A stretch of DNA of 63,707 nucleotides, counting the filler, from Choristocarpus tenellus KU-1152 (Eukaryota; Protista; Phaeophyceae): NCBI GenBank assembly GCA_964200185.2. It is 9 parts of 9 records of this genome, joined end to end, with 100 filler letters (N's around TTAATTAATTAA, not from the genome) between each part and the next. Parts side by side here need not be neighbours in the genome. Positions count along the whole stretch, not along the records: positions 60,731 to 63,707 come from CAXNAD020023213.1; 8 more parts are not named here. One strand, written 5' to 3'. Positions 63,401-63,707 of this stretch are shown one piece after another (the stretch's first letter is position 1; each line of letters opens with the position of its first letter). The notes beneath the pieces are model-generated. The model was not told the origin of the DNA, ran no database searches, and worked only from the letters and a program-made list of their open reading frames with translations. The position numbers and the translations under genes were made by a program.

Positions 63401-63707
63401 CCACTCCATTAAAGCAGGAAAGACAGTAGTATCCCTGGTTTCGCCTAGGGTTGATGTGCCGACCATATTGCAGCAATACTTTGGAAGAATCCTGTTACAC
63501 AATACAGTGTAAAGATTCTTGTGTTTGTTAGAAACACTCAATTAAACTCTGATGTAGCAACATTGGTCAAGCCTGGGGTCATTGGTGATGTCCAACTTAA
63601 GGAGGTCAACGATTTCCCACGTACTAAGAGGAGTGAGTCCTGGTCGGTTTTTTCGTAATCCCATCCTCTCCTGAAGTACCTTGAAGGGTCAAAGTATCTG
63701 GGGGGGG

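Noticed and set aside
60760-63680. Short minus-strand ORFs in contig 9
   Set aside because: No recognisable domain or consistent splice structure; left uncalled.

Overview
This is eukaryotic nuclear DNA, and the window is not one locus. It holds nine assembly contigs (1-10129, 10230-18233, 18334-27170, 27271-34286, 34387-43143, 43244-46775, 46876-57695, 57796-60630, 60731-63707) joined by artificial 100-nt spacers (N44-TTAATTAATTAA-N44). Spliced genes with long introns, interstitial TTAGGG repeats, a carbohydrate sulfotransferase and a protein with a signal+transit-type presequence suggest a complex-plastid alga such as a brown alga (inference). Host genes reconstructed by hand from exons: a Sulfotransfer_2-type carbohydrate sulfotransferase, the 3' exons of a DCN1-like protein, three exons of a carnitine/acylcarnitine-type mitochondrial carrier, an ERICH2-like gene, and a METTL13/EEF1AKMT4-like methyltransferase head-to-head with it. 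Most of the rest is transposon material: (1) about 20 copies of at least three MITE families sharing the terminus G(A/G)(G/C)(T/C)CAAAGTATCT, with a mix of 3-bp and 4-bp target duplications; (2) a CRE-like RT+RLE non-LTR retrotransposon with many 5'-truncated copies, one carrying an alpha-tubulin coding fragment; (3) a full-length plant-mariner-like element with Stowaway-like TIRs plus a nested second copy; (4) a pogo-like element; (5) a TG..CA solo LTR; (6) a decayed MULE-SWIM-Ulp1-like element. All calls come from manual motif recognition; no database searches were run.
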